From NCBI GenBank assembly GCA_038087875.1, contig CM075977.1:1674001-1738000 (forward strand): a DNA stretch of 64,000 nt, in the 5' to 3' direction. The notes under the pieces are model-generated. The model was not told the DNA's origin and did not search any database. It was given only the letters and a program-made list of their open reading frames with translations. Of this stretch, positions 27,688 to 39,699 are shown one piece after another; positions within the stretch are counted from its first letter, which is position 1, and the number at the start of each line of letters is the position of its first letter. Both the position numbers and the translations under genes were made by a program. The stretch is from Malacoraja senta (Eukaryota).

Positions 27688-27992
27688 TTATTGGTTCTTC
27701 TTTGCTGTGCTTGAAGATGTGTGACGCCATTTAGAAATGCTCCTTGCGAATCGTCTAATTCCAGGTGACCTGACCTCAACCTCTTCTGATTCCTCCTCCT
27801 CTCCATCGAAAGGATGATCCGGTTCCACAGGATGAGGCTCTGGGTAGGAGGGTTGGGAGTATGGGTTTGGGTAGGGGTAGGGCCCATGGTACACGTACGG
27901 ATCTTGCTCATCGTAAGGGTCATAAGTTTGGTAGGAGCGTGGAGGCAATTGTACTACGGGGATGTCTTGATTAGTTGGATCATTGTATCCAC
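27688..27992 (-). CDS. COL14A1: COL14A1 long NC1 terminal exon, (G)[23 protein letters not shown]...[32 protein letters not shown]
   Basis: AAG acceptor at 27994-27993, upstream CTAAC branch-like motif and 103-nt AG-free zone, frame continuous to TAA. RSPGI.RF resembles the chicken collagen XIV NC1 heparin-binding segment as remembered. Confidence 0.85.
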
Positions 27993-28905
27993 CTTAACCC
28001 ACGACCACCACCAACAGTATCCATAGTTAGCACAGGTGGAGAGGCAGAAGATTAAATATGAGTAAGATATTAGAACATTATTTATAAATTCATTAAACTA
28101 CTTGGTGCTTGATGTACATCTTAGCAGGTAAATTAAAAAAACATACCAATGATGAGTAATGGGACTGACACAGACAAGTAGAGGTGGCCACACTAACACT
28201 ACACAACAAAGTCCAGCACCAGGGGGATAGGAAGAAAGTCACAAAAACAAACAAATGGGTTCTTTTTTCGAGGTTTTCTACTTATTATTAAAAAAAAGTG
28301 TATTGTTAGATGGTTCAGTGTGAATTTGTGAGTTAATGATGGTAGAGATGACACTAATTGGTCTTGTCAATTTGCTTAGGGTTAGATCACAGGAGAATGT
28401 GCTCAGAAGGAGCAGTGCAACTCTAGGCTCCAACTCCTTCAAAGTACTTGAAAATGTATGATGTTAACCGTCCCAAGTCACACATGATATTCTTTCTCAG
28501 TAAAGATGATCAGAGAGCAATTGATGAGAGCAACTTGGATCCTCTTAAACAAGTGAGTTGCATTTTAATTTCCTTTCATTGTAAAAACAGATGAATAAAA
28601 TAAAGCAGACAATATCTGAAAGCAATTTAGTTTCCTAAACAGGTAGGTCATTGTTAGCTTGATTAGTTTATAAAAGTGATTAGAAGGCATGTGGCAGCCT
28701 TGTTACAAAAATCCTTGTATCTGGACCAACCACTGCTGATTGGATTAAATAGATGGGTAAAAGCTGGTAGTAGCTGTTTGGTGGTGGTTTTTGTTTCAAT
28801 TTAACCTAGATGAGGCAAGATGGAGCAAAGCAGATGCCCCACAATTCTGCACGAGTCCAATGTTGGAGTGAACACTGGAAACATAAGCTGGTACTTTCTT
28901 CATAG

Positions 28906-28931
28906 TCAATAATTGGTGTAAACATCTTGAG
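28906..28931 (-). CDS. COL14A1: Candidate alternative short NC1 terminal exon, (A)QDVYTNY*
   Basis: AAG acceptor preceded by a pyrimidine-rich tract and a 149-nt AG-free zone; in phase with the upstream exon. Confidence 0.5.
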
Positions 28932-29149
28932 CTTTAAATTTGAGCCGGAATAGTTGGGATTGGTATGGAAGAGAAGATAAGGAAAAACAGAAACCCATTT
29001 AACAGTCAGTATAAAAAAAACACAAACACAAGCAAGCAGAAGGCAGAATTATAAACGACACATTTGTTTTGAAACAAGCAGCCTAAGGGATGATATTTTT
29101 TTATTTTCGCATTTTCAATAGCATTGCCTCAATCTTGTGCTAAAGTGGA

Positions 29150-29310
29150 TGTTTTTAAGAGAGATATAGCTCTTAGGGCTAACGGAATCAAGGGATATGG
29201 GGAAAAAGCAGGAACTGGGTACTGATTTTGGATGATCAGCCATGATCATATTGAATATTGGTACTGGCTCGAAGGACCGAAAGGCCTCCACCTGCACCTA
29301 TTTTCCATGC
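29150..29310 (+). mobile_element. CR1 3' UTR fragment
   Basis: GGATGATCAGCCATGATCATATTGAAT CR1 end. Confidence 0.75.
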
Positions 29311-29994
29311 CACCTCAAAAAAATATTTAAAATCATTGTCACATAAAATCACTTGAAGTCCACATTGCCCTGAAACAAGCCATTCAGTCCAACTGGTTGC
29401 AGGGTGCTGTTATGAGTCTCTTACCTGTGTTTGATTAACCACATAATGCTTAACGTCATCACCACGTTTTTCTATATCTGTTGTTCTTTAATGACTCAAT
29501 ACAATTTACCTCATTCACACGAGAGGGTGTATTTCATTAATTATCACAGTAGCTGTAAGCTCTTTGTCTTTTATCCCCTTGCTGCTGTTTTTAATAAAAT
29601 GTCCAGTTTAGTGGAGGAATGGAAGTTTAGTATGAATTCAGAACAAAGAAAGTAGGACATTGCAAAGCTGAAGAGAGCTTCATGCATTTCGGCTGATGCC
29701 ATACTTACAAGTGCAGCGTAGTTTAATTGATTTACCTACACCCCACCTGTAACAGTGATAGACATGAGTACTAACCACTGCAACTTGTGCAACAATACTT
29801 CAAATAAATCTGTGCTTCAGAAGGGAAGGCAACAGATTATATCTGAAGTTTAAGACTAAAAAACACCAACGAAAAAAAAAGACACAATACAGAAGGGAAA
29901 AACTGAGCATTTTCCGACTTTCTTTTTAACAGAACAGAGACAGAGTAACTAGCTCAACAACAAGGTGCATGGGACATAGAGTAATATATCCTAC

Positions 29995-30150
29995 CTCCAA
30001 CATTGTAGCCAGCACATGAAGAAGAGTCGCAGTAACCTGATGGGCCAGGCTGTCCTCTTGGTCCAGAGGATCCAGTACGTCCCAAGCTGCCTTGCCGCCC
30101 TGGGGGACCTGGTGGTCCTTGGCTCCCACTCCGGCCCTCCCCCTGAGGGC
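29995..30150 (-). CDS. COL14A1: COL14A1 COL1/NC1 exon, 156 bp, [11 protein letters not shown]...[17 protein letters not shown]
   Basis: CAG/GTAGG, phase 1-1; FACIT C-X4-C motif (GYCDSSSC). Confidence 0.95.
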
Positions 30151-30605
30151 CTGTAATAAAGCAGGGAATGAGTGGCAGAGACTTAGATTTCTTTGCGAAC
30201 ACTCAAATAATTTTTACTCCTCTAAATCAAGTTTATCGTCATGTGTACAAGTACAGAGAGGGCCAGATACAATGAAAAGCTCGCTTACAACACCATCCCA
30301 GGTACATGACCTAGGACAACACACAAAAACATAATTTATACGTACATTATGTGAGACTGTGCAACAGGTAGTGCAAAGAGTAAATTACCAGTGCGGAAAA
30401 TATAGTGGTATGGTTACAGAGAAAGTGCAGCTAAAAAAGTGCTTGGATTGCAGTGAGGTAGGTTGGAAGTTCAGGACTACACCCTCAGCTGATGAGAGGA
30501 CCATTCAGTAGTCTAATAACAGTGGGGAAGAAGTTGTTCCCAGATCTGATGGTATGTGCTTTCAAACATGATAGTTAATAGATGCAGCAGAAAGCCGGGT
30601 TTTAC

Positions 30606-30683
30606 CTGGTACTCCTGGAGTTCCTCTTGGGCCCTGTTTACCAAACCCAGTGGATCCCCGCTCTCCTTTTTCGCCCAGCGAAC
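30606..30683 (-). CDS. COL14A1: COL14A1 COL1 exon, 78 bp, GSLGEKGERGSTGFGKQGPRGTPGVP
   Basis: TAG/GTAAA, phase 1-1; first COL1 imperfection. Confidence 0.94.
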
Positions 30684-31539
30684 CTAGAAAAAAACGTTTG
30701 AATGCATTCATTCCATCGAGCACGTGACAGAAGCTGGTGCTCACTTTGAGAGCATTGCCAAACTCATCATTTCAACCAAATGAAAGCCTTTGTTCAACAT
30801 GACTTCATATTCTCTTCTGTACTGACCAGAATAGTACCCGTTTCCAAGGGTTAGATAATGGGGAGAGACTTACAAAACAGTATTGACAGTTAAATGAGGT
30901 TTTTGAAAGAAATCAGTAGAGTTAATGAAGAGAAAATTGTGTCACTGGGGACTAATTAGGACAAAAGGACACAACCAGTGCCTGGGTTCAGGAAACGTAT
31001 GGAAACACCTGTTCACGCAGACAATTGTGGAAGGAGAGAACTCCTACCAAAAGCAGTGGGTGCTGACATTCAATTAATAGTGGCAGGTTTGATGGATTTT
31101 TTTTCTAACTAAGGGCACTGAGGGAGATGGAGCCAGTGCTTGGGTGCTGTCAGGATACAAATCGGTCAACTTGGCTCAGCCTTGTGGTTAAATGGCTTTC
31201 TGTGAATGTGTGATGTTCAACATGAGTATAGAGCACGAGTAAAGGGCGCAAGTGAGGAGAGTTCTGCTTCGGTTCTCAACCGAGCTTTGTATTTTGGTGG
31301 TCCTGTTAGGAAACTTAAATGATGAACCATCTGCAGTTCCTTGTTATTACATTATACCATTTTTGCTGACTGTATAAAGTTAGAGGGGAAAGTGAGCTGT
31401 GAAGAAGATGCAAAAGGTTTGCAGAAGGTCAGGGACAGTTTAACTGAATGGGGAAGAAAGTGAAACATGTAATAGGATGTGGGGAAAAAGTCATATTTAC
31501 TTTTAGTCAAAAGTACAGCAAATAAAAATACATTTTGTA

Positions 31540-31878
31540 ATAATAATGATAATAATGGATTGGATTTATATAGCGCCTTTCTAATACTCAAGGCGCTTTA
31601 CATCGCATTATTCATTCACTCCTCAGTCACACTCGGTGGTGGTAAGCTACTTCTGTAGCCACAGCTGACCTGGGGCAGACTGACGGAAGCGTGGCTGCTA
31701 ATCTGCGCCTACGGCCCCTCCGACCACCACCAATCACTCACACACATTCACACGCAGGCAAAGGTGGGTGAAGTGTCTTGCCCAAGGACACAACGACAGT
31801 ATGCACTCCAAGCGGGATTCGAACCGACTACCTTCCGGTTGCCAGCCGAACACTTAGCCCATTGCGCCATCTGTCGCC
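31540..31878 (-). mobile_element. Full-length tRNA-SINE with CORE-like domain and L2-type tail, TSD (C)ATTTTGTA
   Basis: TGGCGCAATGG A-box, GGTTCGAATCC B-box, GTGTCCTTGGGCAAGACACTTCACC, stem-loop AGCGCCTT..AAGGCGCT and (ATT)n tail; TSD at 31531-31539 and 31878-31886. Confidence 0.88.
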
Positions 31879-31967
31879 ATTTTGTAGTCATCAGAAATTA
31901 GAATTGTGGGTTTACTGATGGTTCTGGGATTGTGGGCGCACAACATGTTTGGACTTAATACGCAAGA

Positions 31968-32430
31968 ATGATCCCAGGAATGAGTAGGTTTACCTATGAC
32001 GAGCATTTGTCGGCACTGGGCCTGTACTCGCTGGAGTTGAGAAAGAGGAAGGGGGACCTCATTGAAACATACAGAATAGTGAAAGGCTTGGATAGAGTGG
32101 ATGTGGAGAGGATGTTTCCACTAGTGGGAGAGTCTAGGACCAGAGGTCACAGCCTCAGAATTAAGGGACGTTCCTTTAGGAAGGAAATTAGGAATTTATT
32201 TAGTCAGAGGGTGGTGAATCTGTGGAATTTATTGTCATAGAAGGCTGTGGAGCCAAAAAAATATATATTTTTAAGACAGAGATAGATAGATTCTTGATTA
32301 GTACAGATGTCTGGCGTTATGGGGAGAAGGCAGGTGAATGGAGTTAGGAAGGAGAGATAGATCAGCCACGATTGAATGGCGAAGCAGGCTTGATGGGCCA
32401 AATGGCCTAATTCTGCTCCTTTCACTTATG
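31968..32430 (+). mobile_element. CR1 3' fragment
   Basis: LGLYSLE..GDLIETY..ESRTRGHSLRI..VVNLWN. Confidence 0.88.
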
Positions 32431-33352
32431 AACTTATTAATGAGTGGATCTTTTCAAGATATTTAAGATGATCAGCAGACGTTTCCCTTTGTGGAGAGAG
32501 TGCAAATCTGGGGGCCAGAAAATCTGACCAGTTAATTCAGGGGTAATGTCAAGAAACTCTTCCTCTCACAAAGAGTGCGGGTAAGATGGAACTCGTAACC
32601 TTTCAGTTTGTAGCTGAAAGAAAATATTTCAATCCGAGTGTGACGGATCTTCGTTGGACAGAGGGTCATAAATGTTGTGGAACTAAATCAAAGAGATAGA
32701 GTTGAAATAGAGATGAGGCTTGGTCTGATAGAATGATGGACCAGGACTCAAGGGGTTAAACATCCTCCCCCTGTTCTTATGCCACTGAATCATTTTTGAA
32801 TGATTCTCATATTACAGTGTGCTTATTCAAAGTGCTCCCATCTGTACAATTAATATCCAAAGTTTTATAATCTGCTCTGAAGGCTAGCTTTGCACCAACC
32901 TGAGCAATAATGACAAATGATTTATTTCTTATAAAACTGGCTGTAACCCACTTCATTCTCCATAAATGGCAAAGAACCTTCTCCTACCAAGAGAGCAAGT
33001 TAAGGGCATGCTCAGCAGTGGTGTTCAAACTTATGAAGCATGTTGTGTAAATGGGAAAAATATTCCCCCAGTGACATGAGTGTCAGTGACCAGAGGAGAC
33101 GCATTTAAGGCCGTCTACAAAGGAAGGAGCTGAGGAGAAATGTTTTGAAATGGGAAGTTATAACCTGGAATGTACAAGCTGAAAGGGGGTAGAATCCGAT
33201 TTCAGGGGCACTTTGAATGGATATTGGATAACTACCTGAAGCAGGATGATGAGGTAATGAGCAGATCAGCTGTTGAGCAAATGTCCTAGTGTTATCAACG
33301 ACCTAGGACATGCAAGATGGGCTGAATGGCCTCCGTTCATCTGTAAAGTTAC

Positions 33353-33541
33353 CTCTTTCTCCTGGTCGACCCGGAATTCCTGGCGTGCCGGGGAATCCTG
33401 GCCGGCCCTGAGGGCCGGGTTCTCCTGCTGGGCCTGCTGTTCCGTCACGGCCAGAGTCTCCGGGAGGCCCTGGCACAGCCCGCACTTGGACAGAGTTGCT
33501 GGGAATGTGGTTGAGAATGGAGTTGTATCTTGATAAGTGGC
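33353..33541 (-). CDS. COL14A1: COL14A1 NC2/COL1 exon, 189 bp, (S)[27 protein letters not shown]...GRPGER
   Basis: TAG/GTAAC, phase 1-1; H..RY..ILN.IPS is XIV-like rather than XII-like. Confidence 0.95.
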
Positions 33542-34794
33542 CTAGGAAATGAGAACCCACATGTTAGCACCCATCCCATTGGCACCTACAGAGTTTCCAG
33601 TTGGTTCAAGGACAAAACAACATATTTGTAAAAATGATTCTATGAAATTGAGCAAGGGAAAAAAATAATATTGAAATCGAGATTTTTAATTCTTGAAGCA
33701 TCTGTGACCCTGACCATACAAATTACAGATTGTTCTGTTATAACGCATGTTTCCATTATACAAACTGGATAAAACGCAAGTGATGAATTAGGGAGATGTA
33801 TTACCGGGCTGAATTGGTTACAATGCAACTTCGATTGGGAACTTGAGCATCATTTAAAAGTCACTTTGAAAATTGACAAGCAGAGAAAAAAAAGCCACCT
33901 TGGATTTAAACAGTACAGGGGACAAAAAACTGTTTCCAGGTAACTTTCCTGCAGTAGTCAGACACCATTACCACTACAGAACAGACTATCACTACAGGAG
34001 GCCATTGAAATTGACAAGCAATTGCTTGTATTGACACGTGCAACAATACTCTATTAAAATGTAACAGAGAAGTTTGTTATTAAAAAGAACATTATTTTTG
34101 AAAATTCTGCAGGAAAAATAACCTTTAGTGCAAGTCTGAAATTCTCTAGTCCTTAGCCCTCTTTACCCCATTGACACAATTGACTTTATAATGCAGTTGT
34201 ATATAATAGAAGGTTTCTTACAAACACAAGAATTATGTTTATAGCAGACCTACATTTACACACAGTTTTCACCACACTGGTCCAATTGGTGTCTCCATAT
34301 CTCATGAGTTTTCAATGAGTATTACCTATGGTTTCTTGACACTTCATGTGTGTCTATTAAACTTCCCCTTACAGCAGCTGCACAAGCAGAAGCCTTTTCG
34401 ATTCTCTCCCACTAGACATGGCTACATTGCTTAGTTTGCCTTTTCATAGCCCTAACTTGCACCGAGAGTTTGTGATTTGTGCCTCTGCTGCAGAAGATGC
34501 AGCAGTGGATGTATGACCAGCTGGCTCCAGACACCTCCAGAAGCACTGACCAGATAATCTGTTTTGGTGTTGTGTGATGAGTGGTTGACATAGGTTCAGG
34601 ACAGTCGGGACAGATACAGGTAATGCTGCAGGATCTTTTACATTCATGGAGCAGGAAGGAGTTCAGTTTAATGTTTGATCTACAACTTTAGGCTGTGCAC
34701 GCCATACGCAAGAAGAAGGGGTGGGAAGCTGACCATCCAACATTAATTTGCATCCTAACACTATCTCCATCCGAAACATCGGGTTACCTTGTCA

Positions 34795-35180
34795 TTGAGA
34801 GTTACAACACAGAAATAGGCCCTTCAGCCAACGGAATCTGTACTGAGCACCAACCAACCACCCAGTTAGACTCAATCGACATTCATCTTGTTTTTATATT
34901 CTTCTCCCATCTCATCAATTCCCCACAGATTCCACCACTCGTCTACAAACTAGGGCAGTTTGCAGCCTATCAACCTACAGATGTGCAGGTTGATACGCTA
35001 ATTGCTGCCACTTAACCTATCAAACTGCACATCTGTAGGAGGTGGAAGGAACCTGGCGCATTCAGAGGAAATCACACAGAGAACTTGCAAACTCTACACA
35101 AACAGTGCTGGAGGTCAGGACTGAACCAGGGTGGCTGGAGCTGTGAGGCAGCAGCATTACTCGTTGCGCCACTTGCCACC
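34795..35180 (-). mobile_element. Old HE1-like V-SINE
   Basis: Degenerate head and central domain. Confidence 0.6.
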
Positions 35181-35235
35181 CCTGGTCTTTTCCAATAAAC
35201 CCCTGTATGTCTCAGACAGCAAAAGGATTACTTAC

Positions 35236-35302
35236 TCTGGATGAGCTGCTCACACACTTGCTGAGCAATGTCATGGACCGTACTCTGTGACTGGACGTCT
35301 CC
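35236..35302 (-). CDS. COL14A1: COL14A1 NC2 exon, 67 bp, GDVQSQSTVHDIAQQVCEQLIQ(S)
   Basis: CAG/GTAAGT, phase 0-1; QVCEQLI is the NC2 hallmark. Confidence 0.95.
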
Positions 35303-35934
35303 CTGAAATAATACCAACAAGAACAGTACAATTGTTACAACAGAAGGCTGTGGATTTACTTTGGATTCATATTACAATCGATTAGAACACTAATGTTTAA
35401 TACATTTTCTGCTTAAGCAAAGATTGCCCCTTGAAGTAATCGCCATGCGAACACTTACAGTCTAACGTGATGCTGTTTAAATACCTTCATTTCTTATAGT
35501 TTTTTATTTAGTCCCTTTTTATGAGCCATACAAAATGATTATCCATGGCTACAACTGAACATATTTCAGTGAGAGCTAACATTCTTTTCCTGTGTGATTT
35601 CTCCCATTGTATCTACATAGTTGGAAATGTTATCCTCTTGTGTTCAGTTATTCCTCTTGTTCCCATAAGTAATACAAGCAGGCCATTTGGCCCTTCAAAC
35701 CTGCTTTACCACATACTTCTACCGCAATGACATTTTGTGTGCAACGTCCCCCATATCCCTCGACATCCAGAAATCCATTGATTTCACTTTTGATTCATCT
35801 CCATGACTGATCCTCTACATTCTGATTTCTGATCTCTGAAATCAGAATTCCAAAGATTTTCACCTCAGCAAAAATACATTTCTCCTCTTCTCAGTCCTAA
35901 ATGGCCTGCCATTTTTTTTTTTCGGGAACCTTAG

Positions 35935-36625
35935 TTTTAATCTGAAAGTAAACATGCAGGTACAGCAGGCAGTGAAGAAAGCTAATGGCATGTTGGCCTT
36001 CATAATGAGAGGATTTGAGTATAGGAGTAAAGAGGTCCTTCTGCAGTTGTACAGAGCCCTGGTGATACCACATCTGGAGTATTGTGTACAGTTTTGATCT
36101 CCTAATTTGAGGAAGGACATCCTTGCTATTGAGGTAATGCAGCGTAGGTTCACAAGGTTAATCCCTGGGATGGTGGGACTGTCATATGAGGAAAGATTGG
36201 AAAGACTGGGCTTATATTCACTGGAATTTAGAAGGATGAGAGGGCATCTTATGGAAATATAATAAAATTATAAAAAGACTGTTCAAGCTAGATGCAGGAA
36301 AAATGTTCCCAATGTTGGGGGAGTCCAGAACCAGGGGCCACAGCCTAAGAATAAAGGGAGGCCATTTAAAATTGAGATGAGAAAAAACGCTTTAATCCAG
36401 AGTTGTGAATTTGGGGAATTCTCTGCCACAGAAAGCAGTAGAGGTCAATTCACTGGATTAATTTAAAAGAGAGTTAGCGCTCTAGGGGCTAGCGGAATCA
36501 AGGGGTATGGGGAGAAGGCAGGCACGGGTTACTGATTGTGGATGATCAGCCATGATCACAATGAATGACGGTGCAGGCTCAAAGGGCCAAATGGCCTCCT
36601 CCTGCACCTATTTTGTATGTTTCTA
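35935..36625 (+). mobile_element. CR1 3' fragment
   Basis: QVQQAVKKANGMLAFI region through the 3' tail. Confidence 0.9.
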
Positions 36626-37192
36626 AACTCTTCAGCCCGGGAAATGTCCTTCCTATTTGCCTGACGCAACCTCCGTGAACATGTTAGAACGCATCTGTTC
36701 CCTCCAGAGATGCTGCATGGACCGTTGAGTTACTCCACCACTTTGTGCTTCTCTCAAGTTTACAGCATCTGCAGTTCCTTGTGTCCACTCGCACAGCCTC
36801 TCCAATGGGAATGCTGGGAGAAAATGCTGCCATATTCCAGGATTCCACATGGAAGGAGGTGGAAAACAATCGGAAATCATTAGAAAAGCTTAGACGCTTT
36901 TCAAAGATACCAGCAGTGGTCGCCAGTAAGTTTGAAATGCCTTCATTCACATGGGAATCCTGAAACCTGTACTCGCTGCAGTTAAGTAAATAATTGCCTG
37001 GAGAATCTACACCAGTAAGACTTTAATACAGTGTTTTTTGTTTTAATTTAATAACAGGCAGTTTAATACAACATTCTACAGATTATCATGTAATCAAAAG
37101 ACTGCCACAGCAGGCACTTATGCTACTGCGCAGTAAATCCCATGTATACATTCTAGAATAACATTATTTTAAACTGGTATTTAGGAACTTAC

Positions 37193-37228
37193 CCTTGGGC
37201 CCCTCTCTCCTTTCAGACCCTGAGCACC
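37193..37228 (-). CDS. COL14A1: COL14A1 COL2 exon, 36 bp, GAQGLKGERGPR
   Basis: CAG/GTAAGT, Gly-X-Y. Confidence 0.93.
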
Positions 37229-39128
37229 CTGCGATAAAATTAAAAGTAGATGAAACAGTTGAAATAAAAATGTACAAAGTTCAGAAACAACAGTTACTTC
37301 AAATCTGCGTCAAGGAAGCAACCATTCTGCCTGGCTAGTCTGTGCTGATTTCTCTGCTTCTCTTGTACCTCCTCCTGCCTCTGCTCAATTTGTGATGAAC
37401 CTGCTGTTCCTTTCACCCTTGTGGACCTACTCTCTCCTGACACAAGTTGCCTTTGTCGACTGACACAAGGGAGATTCCATACATTATCTAAAACAACGTA
37501 CTTAACGGTCCTCCATTATGAGCAACTGGATTACAGAAACGGCAATGAATATCTTGCTGGGTATGTCGAAATCTTCTAAAAAAGAAATCCAACCCACAAA
37601 CAAATGGAATGTGGAGGGCCCTGTAAGATTCCAAAGCAGATCACATCCTATTAGATACATGAAACCTCGTAGCTCTGACCAAAAAATTCAATATTTGAAC
37701 ACAAATTTCCAATGCTCTCTGCTTTATAACTGGCCCCAATGCTCTATGTTTACTTGGGGAGCAAGAGCCTTCTGTGGCTGGTAACCCAAGATTATCCTCA
37801 CTAGGTTCCCATCATAGGTATCAGAAAATCAAAACACATTCAATCATTGGTGTCCAACGTCTCCAACTTGCAAGAAAGCACCGATGAAGAGATAGCATAA
37901 TAGTGCAGTGGGTAGTACTGTTGTCACGCAGCTCCAACAACTAGTTCAATCCTGACCTCGGGTGCTATCTGTGTGGAGCTTGAAAGTTCTCCCTGTTGCT
38001 GCATAGGTTTCCTCCCACATCTCAAACATGTGCTGGTAGGTTAACTGGCCACTGGAACTTAATGTGGCGTAGTTAAGTCTCAAAATAATTAAAAGGGGAG
38101 TCGATGGCATATGAGATGTTAAAGCCCATATTTTCATTAGAGGTGAAGTCAAACTGATTTCTGTTCCTTAATCGCTTGTTATTCCATACACAGGAAGGCA
38201 CCGTTTACTGTCAGAACCACAATATCAACTAAATGCAGTAATTCAATGGCTTCTTGAAATGCAGTTCTGATGGATTCCAATCTGTGACCGTTCTCATCTC
38301 CCAATCAGGCTACTTAATTATCTAAAATCCTCACTGGTGATCAACTCTGTGACATATAACCTGTCCCCATGAAGAAAAACAAGCATTTTCCAGCAAATTT
38401 ATGCTCAACAGGAACTCTTTCACCGACTCCTCCAAGAAGCTTACAACTTTGTCAAGTTACTTTCTTTGTAATGGAATAATTCCTTTCAGTGATTGAAATG
38501 AATAGGTTGTGTCCACTGTCTAATTGCAAAAGCTTACTCTAATTCAGCATCTAACTAACAGAGAAACAATAACTTCAAGAAAACTTTTGGCCGGAACTAT
38601 TGAGAGTTAGGAAATGCCAGAGATGTCAAGTATTTTGTTAAGTGTAATTAACTGAGGGACGTTTTTTGTTTGGTTTGTGAAGTAGGCCTCCTGGGCAGAA
38701 TCTGGAAGCTCATTCATAGTCCTTTAACTACACAACAAATCTCATGAGTGGTTTATTCATTCTTGAATGCATTGGTGCATCAAGACATTTGGAATTGAAT
38801 TGTTAAGAACACTGTTTTACATTCCAAATAGAACATTAGCAACAGGTGCCAATTGGAGAGCAGAGATACCAAAAAAAAATCATCCTGTGTGTTCACTAAA
38901 CATTCAAAAGTCACAATATATGGGCAATGAACTTGGCTTCTGAAACTTGGTCCTCTTGAATTCCATAAATGGACTATGAGAACCCACCAGAAGCCTGCTC
39001 TGAACAGGAAGACTACCTACTCACTCTGTTGGCTGAAGAAGAGAGCAGAACCCTGGCTTCCCCGCGGGCAGAATAGTCAATGGTGGACATATTCAAGGTT
39101 AGATGAGCTGGGGCCATGAATTCACTCT

Positions 39129-39435
39129 TTTAGTTTAGTTTAGAGATACAACATGGAAACAGGCCCTTCAGCACAACGAGTCCACGCTGACCAGCTATCC
39201 CCTTACACTAGCACTATCTTACACACAAGGAACAATTTATAATTTTTTTTACCGAAGTTAAATTAACCTACATACCTGTATGTCTTTGGCGTGTAGGAGG
39301 AAACAAACATCCGGGGGAAACCCACGCGGTCACAAGGAAAACATACAAACTCCGTACAGACAGCACCTGGAGTCAGGATGGAACCCAGGTTGCTGACGTA
39401 ACGCAACGACTCTACCGCTGCACCACCACGCCGCC
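39129..39435 (-). mobile_element. HE1-like V-SINE
   Basis: Reverse complement of the 21554 family with (TTTAG)n tail. Confidence 0.82.
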
Positions 39436-39699
39436 ACTCTTGGAATACTAACTTTTCCAAGCGCAACCGGAAAATGGCGAAACTGTTTCAAGAAAATTCC
39501 TACAAAGAGGACACACAATCACTGGTCTAGACTCCCATGAATTGAAGATTAATCACCAGATGATTTCTAAACTAAAATATCCAGAGCATTGGAGTGAAAT
39601 TGTGTACATTCATCTTCCTACAATGCTTGTGTTTCCTCGTTATAGAAGCTGTGGAGGGTGGGGAGGCAGGGATCATGGGGATGGGTGTGGCAGCAATAT

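Noticed and set aside
29800-29900. Pyrimidine tract and AG at 29857-29856 as another NC1 exon (VLNFRYNLLPSLLKHRFI*)
   Set aside because: The peptide has no recognisable NC1 similarity and nothing else supports it; it cannot be excluded without RNA data.
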